Shown here piece after piece: positions 1 through 9,106 of a DNA stretch of 25,110 bases. How positions within the stretch are numbered: the stretch's first letter is position 1; each line of letters begins with the position of its first letter. The translations under genes and the position numbers were made by a program. Source of the stretch: a virus (taxonomy: Duplodnaviria > Caudoviricetes); IMG/VR virus record IMGVR_UViG_3300044788_000074, positions 1 to 25,110 of that record. One strand, given 5' to 3'. The notes under the pieces were generated by a model. The model did no database searches. It worked only from the letters and a program-made list of their open reading frames with translations, and was not told the origin of the DNA.

Positions 1-494
1 GCGGGAATGAGGACCTGCTTGTCCTTGGTGTAGGCCAGGTCGACCGAGTCGATGTTGAGCATGCGGCGACCGATGACACGTCGCCGGAACTGGTTGGGGG
101 CGTAGCCGTCGAGGATGACCGCGATGTACGTCGGCTGGGTGGCGCTGGACGACACGTTGGGGTCGAACGACTTGTAGCCCGCGCCGGATGCGGCGGTGCC
201 GCCGTTGAGGGTGAGCGACAGGTTTTCCAGCGTCGGCTCCGCGAGGGAGGTCTCGATGGTGAAGTCCTGCTTCGTCAGCCTGGAGCCGACGCGGAGGGTG
301 ATCTGGTCGACTTCCAGCTCGCTGTACGTCTGGTCGACGTTGAGCTTGACGCCGTCCTGGGTGCCGCCGAGGTCGGTCCACGCGGACGCGGCCGGGGTGG
401 TGTTCACCGCAGTGTCGGCGGGCTCGGTGGCACCGTACGCGCCCGAGTACAGCGTCGCGGGACCCTGAATGAGATTTGTGGTCGTAACAGACAT
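1..494 (-). CDS. Major tail (tube) protein, C-terminus runs off the window; absent from the ORF track
   Basis: Translated by hand: MSVTTTNLIQGPATLYSGAYGATEPADTAVN...WTDLGGTQDGVKLNVDQTYSELEVDQI...TSLAEPTLENL. RBS AAGGAG. The W-x-D-L-G-x-T-x-D-G motif and position after the tail terminator fit. Confidence 0.85.
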   Translation of the reverse strand, partial: MSVTTTNLIQGPATLYSGAYGATEPADTAVNTTPAASAWTDLGGTQDGVKLNVDQTYSELEVDQITLRVGSRLTKQDFTIETSLAEPTLENLSLTLNGGTAASGAGYKSFDPNVSSSATQPTYIAVILDGYAPNQFRRRVIGRRMLNIDSVDLAYTKDKQVLIP

Positions 495-498
495 ATCG

Positions 499-690
499 TC
501 AGCTCTCCTTGCTGCCGGCCACGCCGGACGTCTTCTTGGTGGTGGTCGTCGGCTCAGGTATGGCCAGGGTCGTCACGGTCTTGGAGACGTCGGCGAGGAG
601 GAGGCCCTGCCGCTGGAGGTCGAGGTAGTCGGCGTCGTCGACTTCGATCTCTCGGTCTGGCTGCATGGTGGTCCGGACGGTGCGGCTCAT
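499..690 (-). CDS. Small hypothetical virion-module protein (63 aa)
   Basis: ATGA overlap with the upstream gene, GC3-biased codons, fills the gap before the tail tube gene. Confidence 0.75.
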   Translation of the reverse strand: MSRTVRTTMQPDREIEVDDADYLDLQRQGLLLADVSKTVTTLAIPEPTTTTKKTSGVAGSKES

Positions 691-914
691 CGGTAGTTGC
701 TCCTCACGAGCGGGAACTGGTGGTGGGAGAACTGCGGGTGGAAGCGCAGCTCGATGGTCTGCTCGGGCGGGACGCTCCGCGGGCAGTCGACGATGCGGAT
801 GTCTCCGGTGAGGAGGAACTCCAACTCGCCCCGGCTGTTGTGGACGATGACCTGGCCGTTCCAGGTGAGGAGCTGCCCGTGCGGGGTGCGCTCCTGGATC
901 GCGTAGCGGTTCAC
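687..914 (-). CDS. Hypothetical virion-module protein (75 aa)
   Basis: GTGA overlap with the upstream gene; RBS GGAGG. Confidence 0.75.
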   Translation of the reverse strand: MNRYAIQERTPHGQLLTWNGQVIVHNSRGELEFLLTGDIRIVDCPRSVPPEQTIELRFHPQFSHHQFPLVRSNYR

Positions 915-1360
915 GCGGGTACCTCCGTCCAGGCGATGACGAGGCCGGGAATGTCGTAGCGGGCGTACGACGACGGGTCGTCAGGGATCCGCCGGTGCTC
1001 GCCCGTCGTGTACGCCGACAGGACTTGTGCCCGCGGGTAGCCCGTCGGAAGAGTGAGGCGCTGCGGGATCGCCGGATGGTCGTAACAGGCAGCCTGAATG
1101 GCCTCAGCGAGGGCGGCGGATTTGTTCCACGGCGGTTTCTGGCTGTCGGCGTTGAACGCCCAGCAGCTGACGCCCATGACGGGTTCCCGCAGGGGTACGT
1201 ACAGATTGGGGGTGCCTCCAGCTGCGACGAGGGTGCAGAACCCGGACGCCGCCCACGACGCGTTGTCCTTCGGGAGAGTGGTGGCGACGCGGTCGCCGAC
1301 GACGGTCTTCAGCCAGGCAGTGGCGACGAGTTCGGGGGTGGCCCGCAGGCGGAGGCTCAT
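911..1360 (-). CDS. Putative tail terminator / tail completion protein (149 aa)
   Basis: Position between the gp10-like gene and the tail tube; size; RVATTLP and PDD..YARY motifs; ATGA overlap. Confidence 0.7.
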   Translation of the reverse strand: MSLRLRATPELVATAWLKTVVGDRVATTLPKDNASWAASGFCTLVAAGGTPNLYVPLREPVMGVSCWAFNADSQKPPWNKSAALAEAIQAACYDHPAIPQRLTLPTGYPRAQVLSAYTTGEHRRIPDDPSSYARYDIPGLVIAWTEVPA

Positions 1361-1728
1361 GCGGTCCTCCGCTGGAACAGGGCGGGCCGCAAATATGGAC
1401 TCGGCGCTGTGCCGGGGTGGTTGACGCGGGCCACCGGGTGATCGGCGCCCGGCCAGTACAGGGCCTTCTTGTTCCGTGGCGTGATGACGTGCGCAGCCGT
1501 ACCGAGTTCGACGTCAGCCGCGTAGTTGCAGTCGAGGGACCCGACCCGAAGAACCTTGTCGCGGCACTCGGAGCGAAGGCTGTCGTGGAGGCGGCCGGAG
1601 CGCTTCCGCACGTAGCCGCGGGCGTCACCGAGGATGGCGCCGCCGATGACGTCTTCCATCCAGTCGTTGATCGCCGCATCAACATGCGCCCGTGCTGACG
1701 GGTCGATCCGTACACCGGATCGCGCCAT
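1357..1728 (-). CDS. HK97 gp10-like neck/tail-component protein (123 aa)
   Basis: SGRLHDSL, YAADVELGT and HPGT..SPYLRPAL motifs typical of HK97 gp10-like proteins; RBS GGAGG. Confidence 0.8.
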   Translation of the reverse strand: MARSGVRIDPSARAHVDAAINDWMEDVIGGAILGDARGYVRKRSGRLHDSLRSECRDKVLRVGSLDCNYAADVELGTAAHVITPRNKKALYWPGADHPVARVNHPGTAPSPYLRPALFQRRTA

Positions 1729-1799
1729 GGCCGCCTCCTCTCCGAAGGTGGTCTCGTACGTGGCCGCCCGGTCTCCCCGGGCTTGGTGGCCGTGTTCGG

Positions 1800-2132
1800 T
1801 TAGGTCGTGCGCCGCAGGTCGAGCCGAATGTCGGCGGTGACTGCGGGGTTCGCCATCGAGGACACGGCCTCGACGATGTAGATCGCACCGGTGCGCTCGT
1901 CGCGCACCCGGTCCTGGTCGGTGACGTCCGTGCCCGCCTTCACGCGGGCGACGGCGTAGCGGACGATCCGAGGGGTGGGGTCATCGCGGGTGGTGACCCG
2001 GCGGGTCTGCTCAGTCAGGCTGGCGGGGATGCGCGTGGCGACCGCGGTGTCGACGTCCCGCTCGTCGCCGTACGCGTCGGTCGCCGTACCGCGGAGGACG
2101 CTGATGAGGGTGGTGGCGATCGCAATAGGCAT
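1800..2132 (-). CDS. Putative head closure / head-tail stopper protein (start revised to ATG 2132, MPIAIATT...)
   Basis: TGATG overlap with the upstream gene; DAYGDE and DVTDQDRVRD...YIVEAV motifs; synteny. Confidence 0.7.
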   Translation of the reverse strand: MPIAIATTLISVLRGTATDAYGDERDVDTAVATRIPASLTEQTRRVTTRDDPTPRIVRYAVARVKAGTDVTDQDRVRDERTGAIYIVEAVSSMANPAVTADIRLDLRRTT

Positions 2133-2578
2133 CACGGGCCTCCCGTGTACGGCGCCCACACCATGTGGTCATCGGAGCCGTACGAGAGGGCGTTGCCGAC
2201 GATCGGGCCCGCGCCTTCCACAGCCGAGCGGATATGCACGGTCCGGGACCGCATCCACGACACCTTGCGCAGAGCGCGGGCCGCCATGGGTGCGAGGACC
2301 AGGCCGTCGCCCGTCAATGTGGTCGACACCTGGTCCTGTTGGATCTGCGTGGCATCCAGCCGCGTCTCCAACCCGAACTGGCCCGCCAACCACGCTGCTT
2401 GGCGGGCGACGGCCCGGCCCAGCCAGTAGAGATCCCGCGTCCGGATCCTCGGCGTATCCGCGAAGATCCGGTTGGTGAAGATCTCGATGTCGTCCTGGGC
2501 CTGGGCAAGCTGAGCGTCGGTCACCGACACCCCAGTGGTGTTGATGACCTGCTGCGCGGTAGCCCAGGCGTCGACCAC
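2132..2578 (-). CDS. Putative head-to-tail adaptor protein (148 aa)
   Basis: N-terminal WAT...V...TG pattern, helical adaptor-like composition, position after the capsid gene. Confidence 0.7.
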   Translation of the reverse strand: MVDAWATAQQVINTTGVSVTDAQLAQAQDDIEIFTNRIFADTPRIRTRDLYWLGRAVARQAAWLAGQFGLETRLDATQIQQDQVSTTLTGDGLVLAPMAARALRKVSWMRSRTVHIRSAVEGAGPIVGNALSYGSDDHMVWAPYTGGP

Positions 2579-2579
2579 G

Positions 2580-2954
2580 TCAGGCGCCGCCCTCGATGAC
2601 GGCGCGGGGCGTGGTGGTGTCCTCGGGGGCGTGGTCGACCGAGGCGGGCACGGTCTCCACCGAGTACGTCAAGGTGAGGGACTGGCCGTCCGTCTGGTCC
2701 TCGGCGCCGTCGAAGGAGACGTCGCCGCGCGGGTGGAGGCCTCGCTGGATCGCCTCGTTGACGACGCCCGCCTTGTTCGCGGTGTGCTCATCGTCGGAGT
2801 CACCCCACTGGCGGGCCAGTACGACGAACTCCTTGACGTACCGGGTGCCGTCGGAGCCGTCGGCGGACCGCTTGTCGACCTCGATGTCGGGTGCGCCGGC
2901 CTTGGCGGGGAACTGCTTGGCCGCCGTGTTCTTGGTGGTCTTGCTGGTTGCCAT
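2580..2954 (-). CDS. Hypothetical capsid-associated protein (124 aa)
   Basis: RBS GGGAGG; GC3 bias; directly follows the major capsid gene. Confidence 0.75.
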   Translation of the reverse strand: MATSKTTKNTAAKQFPAKAGAPDIEVDKRSADGSDGTRYVKEFVVLARQWGDSDDEHTANKAGVVNEAIQRGLHPRGDVSFDGAEDQTDGQSLTLTYSVETVPASVDHAPEDTTTPRAVIEGGA

Positions 2955-2975
2955 GGCTCGCCTCCCGGGTGCTTG

Positions 2976-3006
2976 CCGTACCGCCCGGAGCCGACGGGCG
3001 GTACGG
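2976..3006 (-). terminator. Stem-loop after the major capsid gene
   Basis: Perfect 12-bp inverted repeat CCGTACCGCCCG / CGGGCGGTACGG with a 7-nt loop, just after the capsid stop codon. Confidence 0.65.
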
Positions 3007-3021
3007 GATCGCGAGGAAGAG

Positions 3022-3936
3022 TCAGCCGACGAGGATGGACGCGCCGTTGGGGTGGCCGTAGGCGAAGCCGCGGCGGGCGCGCATCTTGAGGATCGACTCG
3101 TCCGTCAGTGCGGACAGGCCGTCGCGACCATCGATGAACACGGACTCGGGGCCGCTACGGACGCCGAGGAGTAGGAGTTCGGGGTTGACGAACGCCATGA
3201 TGGAGCGGCCGGTCGGGGCGCTGGTGGCGGTCGCGGCGAGCTTCGCGCCGAGGCTCCACCGGATCGGAGTGCTGAAGATGGTGTCCGGGGTGCCTGCCGT
3301 GCCCTCGATGAAAATGGGCCGGTTCTGGGAGTCCAGGACGCCACGCAGGCTCTTGCGGAACGAGGGGTGCGCGATGGCCATCATGACGCTCGGGTCGAAG
3401 TAGTCGCCGCCTTCGACGAGGCCGACAGCGGTGTTGAACTCGCTGTAGGTCGGTGCGCCGGGCGAGGAGGCGGTGGTGATGTTCGTGCCGCCGGTGTAGC
3501 TGAGGGTGGCGTCCGTGGTGTTCAGCAGTTGGTACAGGCTGGTGAACGGGATGGTCGTGCCGTTGGATGCGGCGGACACTGCGAGGGAGGCGTTGTCGAT
3601 GAGCTTGGCGTAGCTCTTGCCCCAGCCGATCATCTTCGCTTCGATGACGTCGGCCACCGAGTCGTCGATGTCCTCTTCCGCGATGCGCGCTGCCTTGCCG
3701 AACTTGACCGCGGAGAGCAGGACTTCGTCGTTGAGCGAGGTGTCCTCTCCGTAGGTGCCGCCCTTGGCGACGACCGCGACGTCCATGCCCGCGGTGCGGG
3801 GGACGTGCTTGGTGTCGGAGCCCATGGGGATGCGGGCGGCGAGCGCCTCGACGGCGGAGATCTGGGTGATGCTCTGGATGACCCTGGACGTGTCCCACTC
3901 TTCGGGAATCCAGGCCTCAAGGGTGTTGCGCGTCAC
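3022..3936 (-). CDS. Major capsid protein (HK97 fold, 304 aa)
   Basis: IPEEW..RVIQ, IAEEDIDDS, LRGVLDSQNRPIF and LKMRARRGFAY motifs; RBS AGGAGG; follows the scaffold gene. Confidence 0.92.
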   Translation of the reverse strand: MTRNTLEAWIPEEWDTSRVIQSITQISAVEALAARIPMGSDTKHVPRTAGMDVAVVAKGGTYGEDTSLNDEVLLSAVKFGKAARIAEEDIDDSVADVIEAKMIGWGKSYAKLIDNASLAVSAASNGTTIPFTSLYQLLNTTDATLSYTGGTNITTASSPGAPTYSEFNTAVGLVEGGDYFDPSVMMAIAHPSFRKSLRGVLDSQNRPIFIEGTAGTPDTIFSTPIRWSLGAKLAATATSAPTGRSIMAFVNPELLLLGVRSGPESVFIDGRDGLSALTDESILKMRARRGFAYGHPNGASILVG

Positions 3937-4073
3937 TGTGGCCCTCCTGCGGGCGGCGTGATGGGGAAACGAGTTGGGGCTCGGGCCCCATCACGGGCGC
4001 CTTCGCAAGCAAGGGCGGCGGGCTACTCCGATCACCGGAGCAATTCACCTGGTGACGAATATACCTCCGGGCG

Positions 4074-4850
4074 TCAAGCCTTGCCGAGGATCCGGTTGGC
4101 GTGGATCTCCGCCGTCGACTTCGGCTTGTCCACCGCTGCCGGACGCGGCGCGCCCGTCGGCCGGGCCTTCGGCTTCCGGGTCGGCGCGGCGAACATCTCG
4201 GGGTAGTCCCGCGTCAGCTCAGCCACTGCGGCCTCCAGCCCGGACACGGAGCCGTCCTCGTCGATGTCCAGGCCGTCCATGTCTACGAGCTTCAGCATCC
4301 GCGTCAGTCGCGACTCGCCCTTGTCCCGTGCGGCCTGCGACTCCGGGTCCTTCTCGTCCTGAAGGAACGCGAGGGCGCCGGCCTCGACGAGCGCGGACCG
4401 GGCGGCAGTTCGCACGAGCGGGGCGCGGTAGCGCTTCTCGCCCTCTTCCCGCGCCTCGCGCAGAGCCTTCTCGTGTTCGGTCTCGTCGCCGCGCGCCTTG
4501 TCCTCCAACTCCTTGTTACGGAGCCGGTGGCGCTTCGCGTCATCGTTGGCCTTCTTCAACGCGGCCTGCGTGCGCGCCCACTCGTCCTTGGACGGGGGCT
4601 TGAAGTCGTCGGGCTTGTCGTCCTTCTTCGCCGGGGGCTTCGGCTTCGGCGCGCCTTCCGGCTCCGGCTCGTCCTCAGGCTCGGGCTCGTCGTCCGGAGC
4701 ATCGTCGACCTCGACCTCAATGTCCGGGCCGTCGTCCTCCTCGGCGCCGCCAGCGATCGGGTAGATCGGTCGACCGTCGGACCGGTAGCCGAGGATCGTG
4801 CCGGGCGGCACGCTGACGCGGTCTGTCTCGATGTTGGGGTGGATGCCCAT
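4074..4850 (-). CDS. Capsid scaffolding protein (start revised to ATG 4850)
   Basis: Acidic Pro-rich N-terminus, coiled coil ALKKANDDAKRHRLR, C-terminal YPEMF; RBS GGAGGAG 6 nt before ATG 4850; lies upstream of the capsid gene. Confidence 0.85.
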   Translation of the reverse strand: MGIHPNIETDRVSVPPGTILGYRSDGRPIYPIAGGAEEDDGPDIEVEVDDAPDDEPEPEDEPEPEGAPKPKPPAKKDDKPDDFKPPSKDEWARTQAALKKANDDAKRHRLRNKELEDKARGDETEHEKALREAREEGEKRYRAPLVRTAARSALVEAGALAFLQDEKDPESQAARDKGESRLTRMLKLVDMDGLDIDEDGSVSGLEAAVAELTRDYPEMFAAPTRKPKARPTGAPRPAAVDKPKSTAEIHANRILGKA

Positions 4851-4903
4851 CGTGTTCTCCTCCATCGCGGGGGTTGGCGGCGGCCCGTCGCGGGCGCCGT
4901 GGT

Positions 4904-5917
4904 CTATGCGGCTGTCGTGAACTGGCCGGTGCGCAGTGCGGTGCGGGCGCGGGCTTCAACTGCGGGCAGCAGGTCGGACTCGGTGCGCAGCAGCTCCCGC
5001 ACTGCGCGCAGCCGGGCGGCCCTGGACTCTGACGGTCGGGCGCGACCGTAGGCGAGAGACCGGTGCGCCTCCCGTTGCAGCGCGAGCGGGAACGGGGTGC
5101 CGGACGTCGTCCACGCGGTGTCCCAGGGCACCGTGCGGCAGCGGCAGTGCGCGTGCAGCGGGGGGCCGTCCACGGCAGGCGCCCGGGCGGCGCGCTGTCG
5201 CGGGTCCCACGACAGCCCTCCGGGGAACGGCTGGTCGACGGGTGCGGTGCGGCCGGTGTAGGCGAGGCAGCGCACGCACGCATCCGCTTCGGACACCCAC
5301 AGGCGCAGCGGTGCCGAGGCGCGGGCGACCGCGTCCAGGCCCTGGCCGACCGCGGTGTTCACCACCCACGCGATGTGCGCGCGGACCGCGGGCAGCGCGG
5401 CGCGCGCGGCGCCCAGCCCGGCCAGCAGCTGTGTCCAGCGACCGGCCTGGTCGGGGTGGAGGAGGAACAGGGCGCGGTCGCGGCGCTGCGCCACCAGCTC
5501 GGTGATGCGGCGCGCCTCCGAGAGCAGCACGCGGCCCGCGGGCGGTACCCGTACCGCGCGGCGCTGGCCAGAGGCGGCCCGCACGAACGCCGTTCCCTGC
5601 GCGACGCCGAGCGCCAGCGCGTCGCCCAGGGCGTCCGTGAGCGCGGCAGCCGACCGGGGTGCGAGGTCGTCGAGGATGCGGCGGACCGCGGCGCGGACGG
5701 CAGCCAGGATGCGGCGCAACACCTCACCGGACACGCCCGGCTGGTCGGGTCCGCCGAACGCGCGGGTCCATGCGGCGAGGGTTCGCCGGATCAAGGCCTC
5801 GAACGCGGCGTCGCTGTCGCCGAATGAATCGGCGGCGATCTGGTCTTCCAGGCCAACAACCGCGCCCGTGTGTTCCTCCTGGACGAGGCGGGCCAGGTGC
5901 TCGCTGCGGTACGCCAT
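4904..5917 (-). CDS. Head morphogenesis / minor capsid protein (MuF / SPP1 gp7-like)
   Basis: W..EADACVRC...PPLHAHCRC signature; follows the portal gene with a TGATG overlap. Confidence 0.85.
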   Translation of the reverse strand: MAYRSEHLARLVQEEHTGAVVGLEDQIAADSFGDSDAAFEALIRRTLAAWTRAFGGPDQPGVSGEVLRRILAAVRAAVRRILDDLAPRSAAALTDALGDALALGVAQGTAFVRAASGQRRAVRVPPAGRVLLSEARRITELVAQRRDRALFLLHPDQAGRWTQLLAGLGAARAALPAVRAHIAWVVNTAVGQGLDAVARASAPLRLWVSEADACVRCLAYTGRTAPVDQPFPGGLSWDPRQRAARAPAVDGPPLHAHCRCRTVPWDTAWTTSGTPFPLALQREAHRSLAYGRARPSESRAARLRAVRELLRTESDLLPAVEARARTALRTGQFTTAA

Positions 5918-7452
5918 CAGCCGTCCTCCTGTGCACCCGCGAGTACTTCGAGGTCCGACAGGGCTCCCGCCAGCAGGCCGGTCACCTGGTCGTTGCTGAC
6001 GACGCCGAGCGTGGCTGCCGCTCCGAGTTTCTGTGCGGAGTCGGCGAGGGAGGCGAGGATGTCGATACGCCGTTGAAGCTCGGCATCATCAACCCCGGCA
6101 AGCCACTTGTCGACCTGCTCAGCCCGGTATCCGGCCTCCATGAGGGCCTGACGGCGCGGCACCCCGGCCTCGATCTTCGCCTTGACGGTCTGCCAGCCCT
6201 GCGCATCCGTCACCGAGCGGGCGGGCACCCAGTCCACGGTGACGACTGGATCCGGGATGCCGAGGCGGCGCAGCGCGAACACGAACGCCTCGTGGACGCT
6301 GGCGCCGTAGGAGGTCTGCCGGTTCTCCACCTTGCTGACGAACGGCCCGTCTTCCTCGCGGTAGGACTCGCCCGAGCGCTGGTTGGACTGCGGGTCGAAC
6401 ATGCGCAAGGGGGTGTCGGTGATCTGTGCCATGGCCCGCACGTTGAAGTTGATCGGGTCGAGGAAGACGTCCGGGTTCGCGGCGTCGAACTGGCCGACCG
6501 ACTTGTAGCCGCGCAGCAGCCACATCTCGCCCGGTCCGGCTTTCAGGGAGCTGTCGTCGCCGGAGTCGCTGGGGCCGGCGCCGTTGTCGTTGGGCGGCCA
6601 GTCGTCGTCATCGAAGTCGCCGGGCTCCAGGTCGCTCGTGTCGGTGGTGGCGGTTTCGGTGAGTGCGTAGCGCTGCGGGGCGCCCTGGTAGTCGACGGTG
6701 CCCATGTGGGTGGCCTGGAGTTTGGTGATGGCGTTCTGCGGTCCGTAGGCGCCGTAGTGTTCCGGCACCCCGTACGGGCGGTCGGTCCGGAAGTGGAAGA
6801 CCGGCTGTTCGCCCCAGTCGTGGTCAATGACCCAAGAATCGGGGTCCTCCGCTCCAGCCGGCCAGGGCGTCCAGTCCGCCGGCTTCTCGCCTGTCGAGTT
6901 CTTGCTCGTCGTCCAGCGTTCGGTGCGGTCGTCGTACAGCAGCTCGGCCCGCAGGTAGGGGCCGTCGCACCACTTCTTGATCGTGAACTTCTTCCGGCGA
7001 GGGTTCTCCTCGTCGTAGATCACGCGGACTGTCTGCGGCGAGTTGTAGAACATCTCGACGCGGACCACGTCGCCCTTCTCGTCCTCCGCGGGGAGCACCA
7101 TCAGGTAGGCGTCGCCGAACTCGCCGGCCCGACGGAATAGGTCCGGCATCTCCAGGTTGAGTTGGTTGTCCTGCCAGATCTTGGAGATGAGGGTGTTCGT
7201 CGTCGGGTCGGGGCTGGTGACGGCCGCAATCTTCAGCCGGTTGCAGACTGCGTTGACGGGGGTCTTGGCGAAGTTGAGGTCAAAGTCGATGTTGAAGGCT
7301 GCGAGCGCGCGTCGCAGCCGGGTGCTCGTGAACACCTCGGGGACCTTGCCGTCGTAGTACACCTGCGCCTGGTCGTAGCCGGGGCGGGCTTCCTTCAGCT
7401 CCTCGATGCCGTACATGAGATCAGCACGCGGATCGGCCTGCTCGTCATCCAA
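5917..7452 (-). CDS. Portal protein (SPP1 gp6-like, 511 aa, TTG start)
   Basis: YYDG, NFAKTPVNAV..RL, IWQDNQL, GDAYLMV and PQRYA motifs; follows terL; RBS GGGAGG. Confidence 0.92.
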   Translation of the reverse strand: MDDEQADPRADLMYGIEELKEARPGYDQAQVYYDGKVPEVFTSTRLRRALAAFNIDFDLNFAKTPVNAVCNRLKIAAVTSPDPTTNTLISKIWQDNQLNLEMPDLFRRAGEFGDAYLMVLPAEDEKGDVVRVEMFYNSPQTVRVIYDEENPRRKKFTIKKWCDGPYLRAELLYDDRTERWTTSKNSTGEKPADWTPWPAGAEDPDSWVIDHDWGEQPVFHFRTDRPYGVPEHYGAYGPQNAITKLQATHMGTVDYQGAPQRYALTETATTDTSDLEPGDFDDDDWPPNDNGAGPSDSGDDSSLKAGPGEMWLLRGYKSVGQFDAANPDVFLDPINFNVRAMAQITDTPLRMFDPQSNQRSGESYREEDGPFVSKVENRQTSYGASVHEAFVFALRRLGIPDPVVTVDWVPARSVTDAQGWQTVKAKIEAGVPRRQALMEAGYRAEQVDKWLAGVDDAELQRRIDILASLADSAQKLGAAATLGVVSNDQVTGLLAGALSDLEVLAGAQEDG

Positions 7453-7470
7453 TGCGACCTCCCAGCCGTG

Positions 7471-7552
7471 ACCTTTGGATCGAAGGATAGACCGCCATGT
7501 AAGCGGCTACCTAGCGGCACGCATGGCGGGCCTGGCCTTCGAATCGTTCGCG
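7471..7552 (-). promoter_or_regulatory. Pair of CGATTC-type boxes upstream of the portal gene
   Basis: ACCTTTGGATCGAAGG (7471-7486) and GAATCGTTCGCG (7541-7552) match the pair upstream of terS. Confidence 0.55.
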
Positions 7553-9106
7553 TCACAGGTACGGAGCTGTCTCGGCCCTCGGCGGCGCCTGCTTCTTCGC
7601 TACTGGGATGAACCGCCGGACCGCAGACCCAGTTGCGTCGACCATGTCGTCAAACGGCCCCTTCGGGAACGTGCACATCTGCTGCTCCAACTCCGGCAGC
7701 TTCCGCGCGTGCAGCACCCGACCGCGCTGATAGTGGTTCAACACGCCCTCGGCCCGCGTGAACTTCGGCTCCACCTGCGACACCGGTTTCACCTTCACCG
7801 GCATGTCGTGCAGTACCGACTTCCACGTGTCGTGCCCTTGGTTGACCTCCAGCAGGATCAGCCCGATCTGTGGGAACTCGTCAAGGATCGCCAGCACCCG
7901 CTCCCGCAGCACCGGCCCCGGCGGAAGGCGCAACGCCCACGCGGCATGCACCGTGCACCGCCTGCGCTGCGCGGACCACGACACCACCGCCAGCCCGGTG
8001 AAGTCGCTCGACTTCTTCGCCGTCACCGCGGGGTCGATGCTGAGCATCATGTGCGTGACCGGATCCGGGCCCTCATCCGGCGCCGGGTAGCGGAAGTCGT
8101 CCGGCGACCAGAGCGCGCCGTCGGCCGCGAGCGGGTCGTTCGCCATGTTCTTGGCGTACGAGCGCGTGTGCCGGATCTCCAGCAGGTAGCCGATCGGCCA
8201 TTTCGCCGGCCACATCGATCGCTCGGTACCGTCCGGGCGTTCCACGATCGGCGGCGAGTAGTGGGCGCGGACGCTCTCCTCGCTGATCCAGTCCTCGGCC
8301 TTGATGCCGCGCGCGGCCCGGACCAGCTGGTGGATGATCGATCCGGGCATGGTGACGGTCCCGCAGATCACGACGCGGGCGTAGATGTTCAGCGGGAGGA
8401 TCGCGTCGATCAGGGTGGTCTTCCGCTTCGCCGCCAACTCGGCGCTGTAGCTGCTTTCGTCGGGTTCAATGTCGTCGCAGAGTAGGAGGTCGGGGCGTTT
8501 CTGCTCCACCTTCATCCCAAGACTGGAGCTGTCTATACCGCGCGCCGCGAAGATGAACCCGCTCTTGGCGACGTACATGTTCTGCGTATCCGCGACGGAT
8601 GCCCCGGACGGCCGCTTCGCCGGCGCGCACAGGTCGGGAAAGTCGCGGCGGACGAGGGCGTTGTTGTCGATCTCCCGCTTGAACGTACTGAGATGGGTTT
8701 CGGCCTGGGTCGCGGAGGCGGCGAACGCGGCAGCGAACTCGACATGTCCGTGCGCGGCCGCCCACAACGGGAGGATCAGGAACCACCACGTCGACTTGCC
8801 CGTGTTCCGGGGGGCGATCCATGCGTCCCGCTCCTCTGCCGGTCCGGACGGCGGGCGGACCCATTGGCGGCCGGCGCGGCACCAGTCGAGGTGTGCGTCG
8901 CCGAACGTGATGTGGCCCTGGGCGTCGCGGAGGTGGTGGCGGAGGTAGACAAGGCCGAAGAGGAGGGGGTCGAGGCGGGTGAGGGTGCGCCGCCCTTCGG
9001 GGTCGGCGAGGAGGCGCGGGTCGAACTGGGCGAGGTAAGCGTCGAGGTCGAAGGACTCGGCGTCCAGCCCTTCGAGGTATCCGGCCGCCGGTGCGGCGGT
9101 CGTCAT
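7553..9106 (-). CDS. terL: Terminase large subunit
   Basis: Walker A APRNTGKST, Walker B LLLCDDIE, coupling motif CGT, nuclease motifs SIDPA, SDFTG and DDMVDA. Confidence 0.95.
   Translation of the reverse strand: MTTAAPAAGYLEGLDAESFDLDAYLAQFDPRLLADPEGRRTLTRLDPLLFGLVYLRHHLRDAQGHITFGDAHLDWCRAGRQWVRPPSGPAEERDAWIAPRNTGKSTWWFLILPLWAAAHGHVEFAAAFAASATQAETHLSTFKREIDNNALVRRDFPDLCAPAKRPSGASVADTQNMYVAKSGFIFAARGIDSSSLGMKVEQKRPDLLLCDDIEPDESSYSAELAAKRKTTLIDAILPLNIYARVVICGTVTMPGSIIHQLVRAARGIKAEDWISEESVRAHYSPPIVERPDGTERSMWPAKWPIGYLLEIRHTRSYAKNMANDPLAADGALWSPDDFRYPAPDEGPDPVTHMMLSIDPAVTAKKSSDFTGLAVVSWSAQRRRCTVHAAWALRLPPGPVLRERVLAILDEFPQIGLILLEVNQGHDTWKSVLHDMPVKVKPVSQVEPKFTRAEGVLNHYQRGRVLHARKLPELEQQMCTFPKGPFDDMVDATGSAVRRFIPVAKKQAPPRAETAPYL

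Noticed and set aside
5659-8485. Long plus-strand ORFs (493 aa and 336 aa) opposite portal and terL
   Set aside because: Antisense shadows of well-supported genes, with no motifs or RBS.
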